From assembly GCA_020634435.1 (NCBI GenBank), contig JACKBS010000006.1, positions 527,136-591,135 of the forward strand: a DNA stretch of 64,000 nucleotides. The letters are read 5' to 3'. Source of the stretch: Ardenticatenaceae bacterium. Its GTDB lineage: Bacteria; Chloroflexota; Anaerolineae; Promineifilales; Promineifilaceae. This document shows, piece by piece, positions 45,276-55,001 of this stretch. Below the pieces are notes generated by a model. That model was not told where the DNA came from, did no database searches, and saw only the letters and a list, made by a program, of their open reading frames with translations. The translations under genes were made by a program, and so were the position numbers. Positions within the stretch are counted from its first letter, which is position 1, and each line of letters opens with the position of its first letter.

Positions 45276-46193
45276 TTAGCGGTTGATTTGCTTCTTTATG
45301 ATTTCTCGAACAGAGACTTTTCGCATTTGCCAATATACTTTTCGTACGGCCGTATCAACCGTATTCAATCTGGTGATAAATGGGCTGTATAAATTCTGGT
45401 TCCAATACTTGAAACGGCTTACCTCGTTTATAAAATTTACGTCTTGTTGTGCCAGCTGTTCAGTAAATAGCTGTTGCGCAAACTCATATAGCTGTAAATC
45501 TAGATTATTTTCTTTTTCGATTAGCGTCATCGTTTCGGGCGAGATTTCACGTTGATAAGGGCGGCGAGACGTGACGTTTTTTTTATATTAAGAGACATTG
45601 CCCCAACCAAACGCCTTTTTTAGTAAGAGTAAAGATTCGTCAAACCGTTCAACCAATCCAACCACAGCAAAATGTTCAGCCAAGTTTTGCTTAGCTGTTT
45701 CTAAATGCGCTTCTGTGTAAGTGTTGGGCGGATAATCATAGGGTAGGCCTGCAATCATGCGAGTTTGTACGTTTTGAATATCACGAATTAATTCCCGTTC
45801 CAGCGCTTCGTGGAAGCCAATTTGGTTTTCCATGATATAGGTGGCAATTTCAAATTCTTGAGGACGGCTGAGGACGTAATAGTAATGAGAAATTGTACGT
45901 TCAATGGGGTTACGTAAAAAAGTAAAGTAGGTAGTCGGCTCTGGCAAATAGGTGTGCACGCCAAAAATCAAGTGGCCCCATAATATTCGAATCTGCGATT
46001 TTTGTTCAGAGGATAGATTGCCCAGAGCCTCATCCATCTCTTTGGGTAAGAGGAGATTGTGATGGTACATTTCTGATGCACGATATTGTTTCCGAATGAG
46101 ATGTCGGATGGTAACACCGGCCGTCTTGGGAATATGCAGAAAAATGACAGTCTTCGATGATCCCTTTTCCCCTTCAGCTGCTGATTTTTTCAT
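45276..46193 (-). pseudogene. sulfotransferase-family gene interrupted by a single in-frame TAA (45590..45588)
   Basis: Track ORFs 45588..46220 and 45276..45530 are in the same frame. Reading through gives ...FGWGNVS*YKKNVTSRRPYQREISPETMTLIEKENNLDLQLYEFA. N-terminal IFLHIPKTAGVTI is the PAPS 5'-phosphosulfate-binding motif. Confidence 0.7.
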
Positions 46194-47406
46194 AAACGGC
46201 CAATGTCTCCCGTGCAACATGCTCCCAAGTGAATTTCTTAGCCCGCAAAAGACTTTTCTGTGACAAGTCGTGTCGCGTGGCTGGCTCTTTCAAAATACGT
46301 GTGATGGCGTTGGCGATGGCAGATATGTTTGTGGGGTCAATTAGCAAGCCGGCATCCCCAACAACTTCTGGTAGTGATGAGGTATTCGCTGCGACAACGG
46401 CCGTTCCGCAAGCCATCGCCTCTAACGCAGGTAAGCCAAATCCTTCATACAGCGTTGGGTAAACCATCAACAGCGCCCCATTGTAAAAAGCAGGCAACTC
46501 TTCATCCGTGACGGTGTCCAAAAACAGCACACTTTTAGTGAGGTCGAGGGCTATAACCTTGGCATAAACCTCTTCATAAAACCACCCTTTGCGGCCCACC
46601 AGCACCAGTTTTGGTGGTTGAGACAAAGCTTTGCGCACCTCGTAGTAGGCTTCAATCAGGCGCACAAGGTTTTTACGTGGCTCGATGGTGCCCACATGCA
46701 GGATATAGGATTCGGGTTCCAGCCCGTAGGCGGCCAGGGTGGGAGTGATAGCCTCAACTGGCAACGGCCGTAATCCTGACTCTATTCCCTCGTGCACGAC
46801 ATGAATCCGTTCGGGCTCAATGTTCAATAAGCGAATAATGTCCCGCTTTGTATTTTCGGATACGGCGATTATCGCATCTGCCTGCTCTTGGGCAAAGCGA
46901 AACTTCTCGGCCTGCATTTTCTGGATATGCGGTAAATGATATTCCGGCAGGATAAGTGTAGTCAGATCATGAATGGTCGTTACGCTTTTTGCCCCTGGTA
47001 CCGCACTATTTAGCACGTCTGACGAATGGAAAATATCAACGCCCGGCATATGTTTACTTAGCTGGGCATTTTGGACTGCGCTGGTGAGTTTTAGCCAGGC
47101 TGGCTCCAAAAGATTGTCGATGGCGGTAACGGCCGTTTCTACGCCTGGCTTCTGCAAAAAAGAGAGATGAGATAATTTGCGGTGGCGCAACCCAGAAACG
47201 TGTACTACTTTTGCTCGCCCGCCTGCTAACTTCTCAATTTCTGCCCAATGGTGTGTTGCGCCGTTGTGCAAAGGTAAATAATCTAGCAGCACAAATTCGT
47301 AGGCTGGTGGTGCCACTTGCAGCAAGGCTTGAATAAGGCGATAGTGATAGGTAAACACGCCAGCCCATGCGCGATAGAGAACGGTTATGTCAATTCCAAT
47401 CCGCAT
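46174..47406 (-). CDS. GT4-family glycosyltransferase
   Basis: MRIGIDITVLYRAWAGVFTYHY (ATG 47406). YEGFGLPALEAMACGTAVVAANTSSLPEVVGDAGLLIDP. Confidence 0.85.
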   Translation of the reverse strand: MRIGIDITVLYRAWAGVFTYHYRLIQALLQVAPPAYEFVLLDYLPLHNGATHHWAEIEKLAGGRAKVVHVSGLRHRKLSHLSFLQKPGVETAVTAIDNLLEPAWLKLTSAVQNAQLSKHMPGVDIFHSSDVLNSAVPGAKSVTTIHDLTTLILPEYHLPHIQKMQAEKFRFAQEQADAIIAVSENTKRDIIRLLNIEPERIHVVHEGIESGLRPLPVEAITPTLAAYGLEPESYILHVGTIEPRKNLVRLIEAYYEVRKALSQPPKLVLVGRKGWFYEEVYAKVIALDLTKSVLFLDTVTDEELPAFYNGALLMVYPTLYEGFGLPALEAMACGTAVVAANTSSLPEVVGDAGLLIDPTNISAIANAITRILKEPATRHDLSQKSLLRAKKFTWEHVARETLAVYEKISS

Positions 47407-47414
47407 TGTTCGCT

Positions 47415-49235
47415 TTAACTCTCTAGCTCCATCAGGCGGGTACGAATTTTTTCGGCCGCATGACGCCAGGTCCATTTGTTTAGCACTTCGGCGGAGGCTC
47501 GCCGACCTTTTTCGGCGGCTTCTTCCCGATTTTCATAAACATGTCTCAGCAGGTGTACAAGATGATCTTCATCTGGCTCTGCCCAGCGGAAGCCCTCATA
47601 GTAAGGGCACTTCGCCACGGCAGGGATCAGTTTGGCTACCCGCAGCGGATAAGCGATTGTTTCGTTCATAAAATCAGTCGGCGCGCTCCAATCGGTGGCA
47701 ATGATGGGCAAACCGCAGGCCATGGCCTCAATATGGGGCATGCCCCAACCTTCCCCACGTGAAGGTGCCACCAAACAATCTGCCGAACGATACAGGCTGC
47801 CCATCTGGTGGGTAGGCAAATCCTGGTTATACATGATGGCTACGGGGGGACCATTCTCTGGCAGATTCAGAGCCTTGATTTCCTTTTGCACATTGACGCC
47901 GCCGTCGGTATTAATGACTTTGGCCAACAAAAGAACATCATCCTTTTGGCTAAAAGCACGATGATAGGCGCGGAGGAGGGTTTCTGCCCCTTTGCGCTCG
48001 CCCCATTCAAAGACGGCTAAAAAGGTGAAACGGTCGGTGGGGCGGTACGGCCGTATCTTGGGATTGTAGAAATTGGGATTGACACCTAAAGGCATGACAT
48101 GAATGGGCACTTTGAGACCGCTGTCCAGGAATGTTTGCTTGTTAAAGATAGACGGTACCCAAACTTCATCCAGTTCGTTAGCCTGCAAAATCCAATCCTC
48201 AGGAATGCCATCGACTTCGAGCATGGTATAACCGATACGGTAACGCCCGCTGTTTTTGCAGAAGAGATCACCAGAGGCATATACCACTTGAGGTAAGTTC
48301 AGGTCTTTGGGACGCTGCCGCATGGCGGCCAGACGATGGTCATCGCGTTGGGTATCCATCCAATCGGTGCCGTATAGGTAAGCAAGGCGCACATCGACGT
48401 TCAGGGCATCTAGTTGCAAAAGCGTTTCTCTGGCCGAAACCGCATAGCCAGACGGATTCCCCACTGCCGACTGCCAGAAAACGGCCGTTTCAAATCGTGT
48501 CATCAGTTCATGTTCCCACTGCTTGCGGAAGGTCTTTTGTGATTTCCGAAACAGTTTTGAAAAACTAACCCGGTTAAGCTGGGTGCTAACGTTTTCGTAA
48601 TGCACAATGGTGACGTTACCGGCACACATTGTGCGAAAGCCCGCCTTAGCTGCCTGAAAGCAATAATCCGTGTCCTCGAAGTAGGAAAAAAAAGCTTCAT
48701 TCAGCGGACCAATCGCCTGGATAACGGCCCGTTTAATGTAAAAACAGGCTCCCGTAACGGCCGTTACTTCACGATCTAACGCATATTGATTGACATCTTT
48801 TTCCAGGCTGCCAATTTGCTGGCCCCAAAAGTTGTGTTGGGGCATATAAGCGCCGGCGTGTAGCAAACGGCCGTCACCCAAAACCATGCGACAGCCCACA
48901 ATGCCCACATCTTCAGCAGAATAGGCCACGCGCTGCATTTCTTCCAGCCAATCATCTTGCTGTACAAGGGTGTCATTGTTGAGCAGCAAGATATCGTTCT
49001 CTGGCGGGGCAGCTTGGATGCCAATATTGTTACCTTTTACAAAGCCAAGATTACGGCCGTTTTCAATCATCGTGATCCAATCCAACTGGCGTAGGTAACG
49101 CAAGGTTCCGTCTGTGCTGCCGTTATCCACCACCATCACTTGAGTCTGTTCACCCAGCCGGGTGTGGACTTTAATGGACTCTAAGCAGTTTCGTGTGTAG
49201 TCAACGCCATTCCAGGTAAGAATGATGATGGTCAT
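47415..49235 (-). CDS. bifunctional GT2 (N-terminal) + GT4 (C-terminal) glycosyltransferase
   Basis: MTIIILTWNGVDYT, VVDNGSTDGT, LLLNNDT, FFSYFEDTDY. Then GEGWGMPHIEAMACGLPIIATDWSAPTDFM. Confidence 0.8.
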   Translation of the reverse strand: MTIIILTWNGVDYTRNCLESIKVHTRLGEQTQVMVVDNGSTDGTLRYLRQLDWITMIENGRNLGFVKGNNIGIQAAPPENDILLLNNDTLVQQDDWLEEMQRVAYSAEDVGIVGCRMVLGDGRLLHAGAYMPQHNFWGQQIGSLEKDVNQYALDREVTAVTGACFYIKRAVIQAIGPLNEAFFSYFEDTDYCFQAAKAGFRTMCAGNVTIVHYENVSTQLNRVSFSKLFRKSQKTFRKQWEHELMTRFETAVFWQSAVGNPSGYAVSARETLLQLDALNVDVRLAYLYGTDWMDTQRDDHRLAAMRQRPKDLNLPQVVYASGDLFCKNSGRYRIGYTMLEVDGIPEDWILQANELDEVWVPSIFNKQTFLDSGLKVPIHVMPLGVNPNFYNPKIRPYRPTDRFTFLAVFEWGERKGAETLLRAYHRAFSQKDDVLLLAKVINTDGGVNVQKEIKALNLPENGPPVAIMYNQDLPTHQMGSLYRSADCLVAPSRGEGWGMPHIEAMACGLPIIATDWSAPTDFMNETIAYPLRVAKLIPAVAKCPYYEGFRWAEPDEDHLVHLLRHVYENREEAAEKGRRASAEVLNKWTWRHAAEKIRTRLMELES

Positions 49236-49248
49236 TGACGGCCGTTTG

Positions 49249-49719
49249 TTACTCACGATTGGCTGTCGTTGCTCCACTCGCCTTGATGGCCGCCTCTAGT
49301 TGCGCCACTCTTTCTTGCAGCGCCACCAGTTCTGCGTTCTGATTTTGACTCGCCTCTAAAAAATCTGATTGATTTTGGGCCAGATGGGTAACAGAAACGG
49401 CCGTACTCCGTTGAAAAGTGCGAATTTGTTGCATAAGCGGTTCGGTAAACCACCACGTCAGGCGGCGTACCATTTGCTGAAAACGGATAATCCACGGGCC
49501 AACCCCAGGCCGATTCGATAAAACCACTGCATTGCTATCAATGTGCCATTGGCTGTTTAGCTGGCGCACATGCTGCTTTGCTTTGCCCGTTTCGTGCAGC
49601 AAAATGGAGAGGTCGAGCGGCAAAGTCTCACCTGATTCCCAGGCATGTAAAGCCTCGCTAACATTGCCTAACAGAACTTCTACATCTTGTTCATCAGTGC
49701 TTACGCTAAAAATATTCAA
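49249..49719 (-). CDS. stand-alone coiled-coil protein, paralogous to the C-terminal module of the GT2 at 53192-54517
   Basis: TTG start with AGGAG 10 nt upstream. SNRPGVGPWIIRFQQMVRRLTWWFTEPLMQQIRTFQ followed by heptad-rich LVALQERVAQLEAAIKA. Confidence 0.55.
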   Translation of the reverse strand: MNIFSVSTDEQDVEVLLGNVSEALHAWESGETLPLDLSILLHETGKAKQHVRQLNSQWHIDSNAVVLSNRPGVGPWIIRFQQMVRRLTWWFTEPLMQQIRTFQRSTAVSVTHLAQNQSDFLEASQNQNAELVALQERVAQLEAAIKASGATTANRE

Positions 49720-49805
49720 ACCAACTACACTCCTGCAAATAAAAAACCACCGCGCAAATTACTGCTCTTTAAATAATTTTAGTTCCCTGACGTTGCCTGA
49801 ACTGC

Positions 49806-51005
49806 CTATTCATTGCTGTCGTTTATGATTTTGGCTACAAATTCAACCTGTTTTTGAGCAATTACTAATGGATTGCCTACTTCACTGGCAAAGGTGAAGG
49901 CACGTTGTCCAAGTTCTTGCCGTTGAGCGGGATTACCTATGAGCCGAAGCAGTGCGGCTTCAATTTCAGCCTGTTCATCTTTGCCTGTACCAATCTTTAC
50001 ACAAATGTTGTCAGGTAGTTCAGCAAAGGCATCAATATTAGATACCAGCAATGGTTTTGCCGCAGCCATTAAAGCCATTAAGGTACCAGATGTTTCGCCT
50101 AGCGTTGGATAGCGCAGGTTGATTGCAATATCCACTGCGGCAAGATAGCTTCGAAAGTGGGTTTCATCAGCGTACCCTACCAGGCTTACCACATTTTCCA
50201 AATTCAGTTGTTGCAGTAAGGATTGAAGATTATACCCTTCCACCACTTGCCCAACCAGCGCATAATGCACCCTTGGTAAGGATGCACGGCTCCGTAAACT
50301 GGCCAACGCTTCCAGCACCACATGAATACGTTTACTAGGTGATACATAACCAAATGAAGCCAGCAAAATATCATCAGGCCGGTAGCCGAGCAATGCTTTA
50401 GCTTCTGCTTGAGCGGGAAGCCTATCAATTGGGGGCATCAGGTGAGGAATGTGAGCCACAGTTTGGCGCGAGCAATGTCTCTCAATCAATTTTTTGCTGT
50501 ACTGATTATGCACGATGATGCCTAAGCTTTTCTGCACAACACGTTCAAATAAAGGAAAGCGCTTTACGTCAAAGGGCGTTCTTTGAAAATGGGCTTGCTG
50601 AGCGTGATTCAAACCAGTTGGGCCATACGCAAAAGCCATCTCTCGTGTGTAGGCCGCAAATTGACCCTGTTTCATCAAATATTCACCAAAGAAGGAGTGC
50701 AAGTTTGTATCATGCAGGACGACAATGCCAGGATAACGACACAACAATTCATAGATTTGACTATGGTATTTGGCGTTATTGCCCATATGATACAGGCTGA
50801 CATCGAAACCTTCGGCCAATGGGCCTGCAAAGCTCTTGCTCTCTCGAATTGGGAACTGCTGGCTGAGCGTTTCGTCTAATTGATGTATTTGGTCGGTAAA
50901 TAGGGTCAGATCCGCAAATTGGGCCAAGTAAGGCAGCAGGTAGGCGCTGTAGGAAGCGATTCCAGATTTTTGCGGTGGCAGGGGGGAGAAATGGGCGATC
51001 TTCAA
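49806..51005 (-). CDS. GT4-family glycosyltransferase
   Basis: A TTG start at 51005 gives (M)KIAHFSPLPPQKSGIASYS. C-terminal GETSGTLMALMAAAKPLLVSNIDAFAELPD. The longer track ORF overlaps the upstream gene by 80 nt. Confidence 0.75.
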   Translation of the reverse strand: MKIAHFSPLPPQKSGIASYSAYLLPYLAQFADLTLFTDQIHQLDETLSQQFPIRESKSFAGPLAEGFDVSLYHMGNNAKYHSQIYELLCRYPGIVVLHDTNLHSFFGEYLMKQGQFAAYTREMAFAYGPTGLNHAQQAHFQRTPFDVKRFPLFERVVQKSLGIIVHNQYSKKLIERHCSRQTVAHIPHLMPPIDRLPAQAEAKALLGYRPDDILLASFGYVSPSKRIHVVLEALASLRSRASLPRVHYALVGQVVEGYNLQSLLQQLNLENVVSLVGYADETHFRSYLAAVDIAINLRYPTLGETSGTLMALMAAAKPLLVSNIDAFAELPDNICVKIGTGKDEQAEIEAALLRLIGNPAQRQELGQRAFTFASEVGNPLVIAQKQVEFVAKIINDSNE

Positions 51006-51009
51006 GAAG

Positions 51010-53187
51010 TTATTCCTGTGGTGACAGGCGACCAATTTGACCTTGCCACGTTTGAGTAAGAACGGCCGTTGGCCGTCGCACATACACATTTTCTAGAGCG
51101 GCCGTTTGGATGTTATAAGTGTTAATGCTTGCCACTGCCCAGCCATCCAAAGCCCATACTGGCGCGTTGGGTACCGTGATCCAATAAACAGTTTTGCCCG
51201 CTTGCTGCCATTTCTCCAGCTGTTGTTCAAATAGCACAGTATCCAGTTGGGCGACGTCCCGCAAGGTTAAAACATCATGGTCAAAAATGAAACGTAGAGG
51301 CGTTCCCAAAATGTCCCCCTGGCCAATAGGGGCAGGGTCATTAAAAATGATAATCGCATCATCTTCAAATTGGCTGCTAAGTTGGGCTAGCTGTGGAAAT
51401 ATGTTGGGATGATCTACTTGGGTAATAAATCCGCGAGCCAGCCAGGCAAAACCACCCAGCCATAGCAAAGCGACCAGGTAGGTAAGCCCTTGAAGCCATC
51501 TTTTAGGAGCTGTGTTAAGCCAGCCGATGACTATCGCGCCCCCAATAATAAAAAGAGGCATCGTAGATGGCACATAACGGCGCATGGCGTAAATTTGATG
51601 GGGATTGGCGCGAATGTTCCACAGGTAAATGCCCGCGTAGACTAAATTGACAGCCAGAAGTACGGCCGTTTGCGAATCTACGTGCCACATCAGCAGGGCG
51701 ATGCCGCCTATCCCCAGCCAAATTCCTAAAGGCGATAAATACCAACCCAACCGCACCAGATTTTCATGATTTACCTGTGGGATCAACCCGGTGCTGTAGC
51801 CATCCTGGCGGGGTGGAGGTGGTTCCATCCCTGAACGAATGAACCAAAGGTAGGCTGTAAATAAGAAAAGTCCGGCGATGACAGCGACGATGAACGGCCG
51901 TTGATAGCGTGCCAGATAACCAAATTGCCCCCTAAACCGGAACAAAATTATCAAAATCACGATCCCTAAAACAGTACCAATCCACGCCAGGAGCTGGTTT
52001 ACGACCAACAGACGCATCGCGAAATTGAATAAGTCAAAAAAGTAGGGGCGGCTTTGGGTAAGGGCGTGGAGCAATGAGTGGCTTACTAGCGCTGTAAACG
52101 GCAGCAAAAACCACCCCATCGCGGGCTGAGGCTTACTCCTAAGCCAAAGCCAAATGACCAATATGGCCAGCACTGGCAGGATAAACAATGCATCAATACG
52201 CGCCAGGAAAAAATGCCCCAGGGCTAGACCTGCGAGCAAGGCCCAAACGTGGTGTGGTTTACGGCCGTTTAACCATGCCCCAATACTCCATAACCCCGTC
52301 CAAAGCAAGTATTGTGATAAAGTTTCACTCACAGGATAACGAGAGAACCAGATTTGCAAAGCATTGAGGGATAGACCGGCCAGGGCAAGAACGGCCGTTT
52401 GCCAGCCTGCGATTTGCCGCACAGTGAAATAGACAGCGAGTGTACCCAATAAACCCCATAAACCAACCAGCAGGAGTTCTGCCTGCACCCCCTCGGCTAA
52501 ATCCCCAGCGAGGCCAAAAGCGACGGCCTGCCATACCGGATGCAGGGGGTAAAACTGAGGTGTAATTTCCCCGTTCGGTTGCCCCACGACAAAAAATGCG
52601 GGCATGATGTAGGCTGGAGCGATGGGATTATCGAGCGGGCGCAAAAATGCTGGGTACAGGGCCGGGTTCAGTTCTGCTAAAAAATCGTCTTTAATTAGAG
52701 TACGGCCGTTTTGGGCAATCTCCGCACCCAGATTGACATAAACGCCCGCGTCGGCCGCGCCTGTAATATATTGGTGGGGTCGGAAAAAGAGCCAGGCAGC
52801 AACGATCAGCCAGATTCCTAAAATAAGATATTCAGCCCAATCAGGTACAAAGCTCAACTTTAAGACAGCAAAGCGAGGCGTAGAACCTTCTTCGTCCTGC
52901 GTTTGCAGCGGGCTATTGGGGTGTTGCTGTCGCCACCAGACAATAACGCCAAAGCACAGAGCGAAGATGAGCCATAATGAGCCCAACAGCAGGATAGAAA
53001 AGAGGCCAATTTCAGCTAAAATGATGGCCAGCCAACCAATGAGGCTAATGCCCAAGGCTAAGCTCATAAATAATTTTTCGTGCCAGGCAACGATAAACAT
53101 CTGGCGCCCGATAAAGCTCTTAAGCGCTAGCCAACCCAGGCCCCAATTGGCTGTAACTATTACGAGAATAACTAACGGGGCGGACAC
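51010..53187 (-). CDS. 725-aa polytopic membrane protein, GT-C-like (ArnT/PMT-type) glycosyltransferase or polymerase candidate
   Basis: More than 12 predicted TM helices, an early loop GAADAGVYVNLG, and a soluble C-terminal domain of about 150 aa. GTG start 4 nt after the upstream stop. Confidence 0.45.
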   Translation of the reverse strand: MSAPLVILVIVTANWGLGWLALKSFIGRQMFIVAWHEKLFMSLALGISLIGWLAIILAEIGLFSILLLGSLWLIFALCFGVIVWWRQQHPNSPLQTQDEEGSTPRFAVLKLSFVPDWAEYLILGIWLIVAAWLFFRPHQYITGAADAGVYVNLGAEIAQNGRTLIKDDFLAELNPALYPAFLRPLDNPIAPAYIMPAFFVVGQPNGEITPQFYPLHPVWQAVAFGLAGDLAEGVQAELLLVGLWGLLGTLAVYFTVRQIAGWQTAVLALAGLSLNALQIWFSRYPVSETLSQYLLWTGLWSIGAWLNGRKPHHVWALLAGLALGHFFLARIDALFILPVLAILVIWLWLRSKPQPAMGWFLLPFTALVSHSLLHALTQSRPYFFDLFNFAMRLLVVNQLLAWIGTVLGIVILIILFRFRGQFGYLARYQRPFIVAVIAGLFLFTAYLWFIRSGMEPPPPRQDGYSTGLIPQVNHENLVRLGWYLSPLGIWLGIGGIALLMWHVDSQTAVLLAVNLVYAGIYLWNIRANPHQIYAMRRYVPSTMPLFIIGGAIVIGWLNTAPKRWLQGLTYLVALLWLGGFAWLARGFITQVDHPNIFPQLAQLSSQFEDDAIIIFNDPAPIGQGDILGTPLRFIFDHDVLTLRDVAQLDTVLFEQQLEKWQQAGKTVYWITVPNAPVWALDGWAVASINTYNIQTAALENVYVRRPTAVLTQTWQGQIGRLSPQE

Positions 53188-53191
53188 AAAC

Positions 53192-54517
53192 TCATTTCCT
53201 GTTGGCCAGGCGAGAAAGACGGCTTTCTATGGCCTGAAGCTGCTCATTGATCTGGGTAATTTGGCTTTGCAGTGCCGTGAAATCTTGAATTCTCTCCATC
53301 CCACGTTTGTCTTGCTGCCCTAACTGGGCCTGATGTCGCTCAAAATAAGTGGTAAGCAGCTGGTTAAATTCATTTTGTTGCTGCATTAATGAACGGACAT
53401 ATTGCCGCATGGCGATGTTACCCCAAATAGTGCGCAGTCGCGCAATAATTTTGCCAATCATGGGTAGCTTTGAGGTAAACGGCCGTTCTTTCACCACCAT
53501 CTTTTGTGCCAGTGAAACTGATCCGTTGGTAGTGCCTTCCAGGTAGGGGGATTGCCAGGCTAACTGTCGCAAATTGAACATTGTTTGGCGAATTTGCGCT
53601 TCTTCCTCTGGCGTGGCTAATTGGTAATTTTCATTTGTTCTGGCTTTCCAGATTGACGACAGATTTTTAACTGTGGCTACGTAAGCGTGTGCCACGCCGT
53701 GCCGGTGGACGGGTGGCAGGGTTGCCAGCCAGGCTGTTTCGACGGGAACTGTCTCGGTCAAAATTGTGGCGATGGACCAATGTTTGAGTAAATAGCGCCA
53801 CCGACTTGTATGGAAGATTTTGAAATACTCCACATTGTTTTGTGCCAGGGTGACTGATTCAAAGTGAACGGCCGTTGCTTCTGGTACATACACCACACGG
53901 TAACCAGCTTGCCGGGCGCGGGTACACCAATCACACTCCTCGTAATAAAGGAAGAACCCTTCATCCATCGGTCCGATTTGAGCAACAACGTCTCGGCGAA
54001 TAGCCAAAGCTGCGCCGATCACGTAGTCAACCTCTGTTTGCACATCGTACTGGCCCGTATCAGTTTCGCGCAAACCGTAATGACCGGGTAGGGCTTGGGG
54101 CGCGGTGATAAAGCCTCCTGCGTGTTGGATTAATACACGGCCTGGATAAAACAATTTGCTGCCCGTGATTCCGATTGTTTCGTCTGCCTGCATGGGTAAA
54201 ACAAGGTGATGCAGCCAATCGGCATCGACAACTACATCGGGATTAACCAGCACCACAAAATCTGTATCGGCTTGTTGAACAGCCAGGTTGTTACCCGCGG
54301 CAAAGCCATGATTAGATTGGCTGCAAATCAGCTTAACAGCGGGAAAACTGCGGTGTACCAGCTCTATCGAATCATCGCTAGAGTTGTTGTCTACAACGAC
54401 AACTTTGAAGTTTGGGTAGTTCAGATTAAGCAGGGCTGTTAAACAATCTGGCAAAAAATGGGCGGCATTCCAGTTAAGTACAATAATGGTCACGGAGGGA
54501 GAGGCAGTCAGAGTCAT
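53192..54517 (-). CDS. GT2-family glycosyltransferase with C-terminal coiled-coil module
   Basis: VTIIVLNWNAAHFL, VVVDNNSSDDS, NHGFAAGNN, LVNPDV, FLYYEECDW. C-terminal KERPFTSKLPMIGKIIARLRTIWGNIAMRQYVRSLMQQQNEFNQ + heptads. Confidence 0.8.
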   Translation of the reverse strand: MTLTASPSVTIIVLNWNAAHFLPDCLTALLNLNYPNFKVVVVDNNSSDDSIELVHRSFPAVKLICSQSNHGFAAGNNLAVQQADTDFVVLVNPDVVVDADWLHHLVLPMQADETIGITGSKLFYPGRVLIQHAGGFITAPQALPGHYGLRETDTGQYDVQTEVDYVIGAALAIRRDVVAQIGPMDEGFFLYYEECDWCTRARQAGYRVVYVPEATAVHFESVTLAQNNVEYFKIFHTSRWRYLLKHWSIATILTETVPVETAWLATLPPVHRHGVAHAYVATVKNLSSIWKARTNENYQLATPEEEAQIRQTMFNLRQLAWQSPYLEGTTNGSVSLAQKMVVKERPFTSKLPMIGKIIARLRTIWGNIAMRQYVRSLMQQQNEFNQLLTTYFERHQAQLGQQDKRGMERIQDFTALQSQITQINEQLQAIESRLSRLANRK

Positions 54518-54521
54518 GGGG

Positions 54522-54890
54522 CTAATCGGGCTGCTGCGCTTCTAATTGTGCTAAATGATCTTCTAAAACCTGCAAGCGGTGGCTGATTTGGCTCAAGTAG
54601 GTAGACATCTGTGCCAGGTCATGAGCTAATTCTGTTTGCTCGCGATCTTGCAGGATAAACCATTGATCATGCTCATGTAGCTGAGAGACAACAATTTGGT
54701 TAAAGCTATTTTGCTGCTGGAGCAACGGCCGTACATACCACTTGGTCGCAATGCTGTTCCATGCTTCGCGAAAACGCACCAGGAGCGGACCAACAAGCGG
54801 CGTGTTAGAGGTAAACGGCCGTTCCCGAACTTGTGATTTTTCTAGGAGCCAGTTGGCATTTTCTTGGGCCTCTTCCTTCTCTCTCGTCAT
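54522..54890 (-). CDS. stand-alone coiled-coil protein, paralog of the GT2 C-terminal module
   Basis: RERPFTSNTPLVGPLLVRFREAWNSIATKWYVRPLLQQQNSFNQ + LQVLEDHLAQLEAQ. First gene of the minus-strand cluster. Confidence 0.6.
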   Translation of the reverse strand: MTREKEEAQENANWLLEKSQVRERPFTSNTPLVGPLLVRFREAWNSIATKWYVRPLLQQQNSFNQIVVSQLHEHDQWFILQDREQTELAHDLAQMSTYLSQISHRLQVLEDHLAQLEAQQPD

Positions 54891-55001
54891 GATGCGCTTT
54901 CCCCGTCTTTCTTACTGGATAAGTCGGTATTGCGGAAAGATCGTGCTCAACCGATTCAGCGCATGAGTTTACCATCAACTATTTACCATTAACAATTAAG
55001 T

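Noticed and set aside
45588-45590. In-frame TAA in the sulfotransferase as programmed recoding (selenocysteine, pyrrolysine or read-through)
   Set aside because: Sec uses UGA and Pyl uses UAG. I see no downstream recoding structure. A simple nonsense mutation or a base-call error is more parsimonious.
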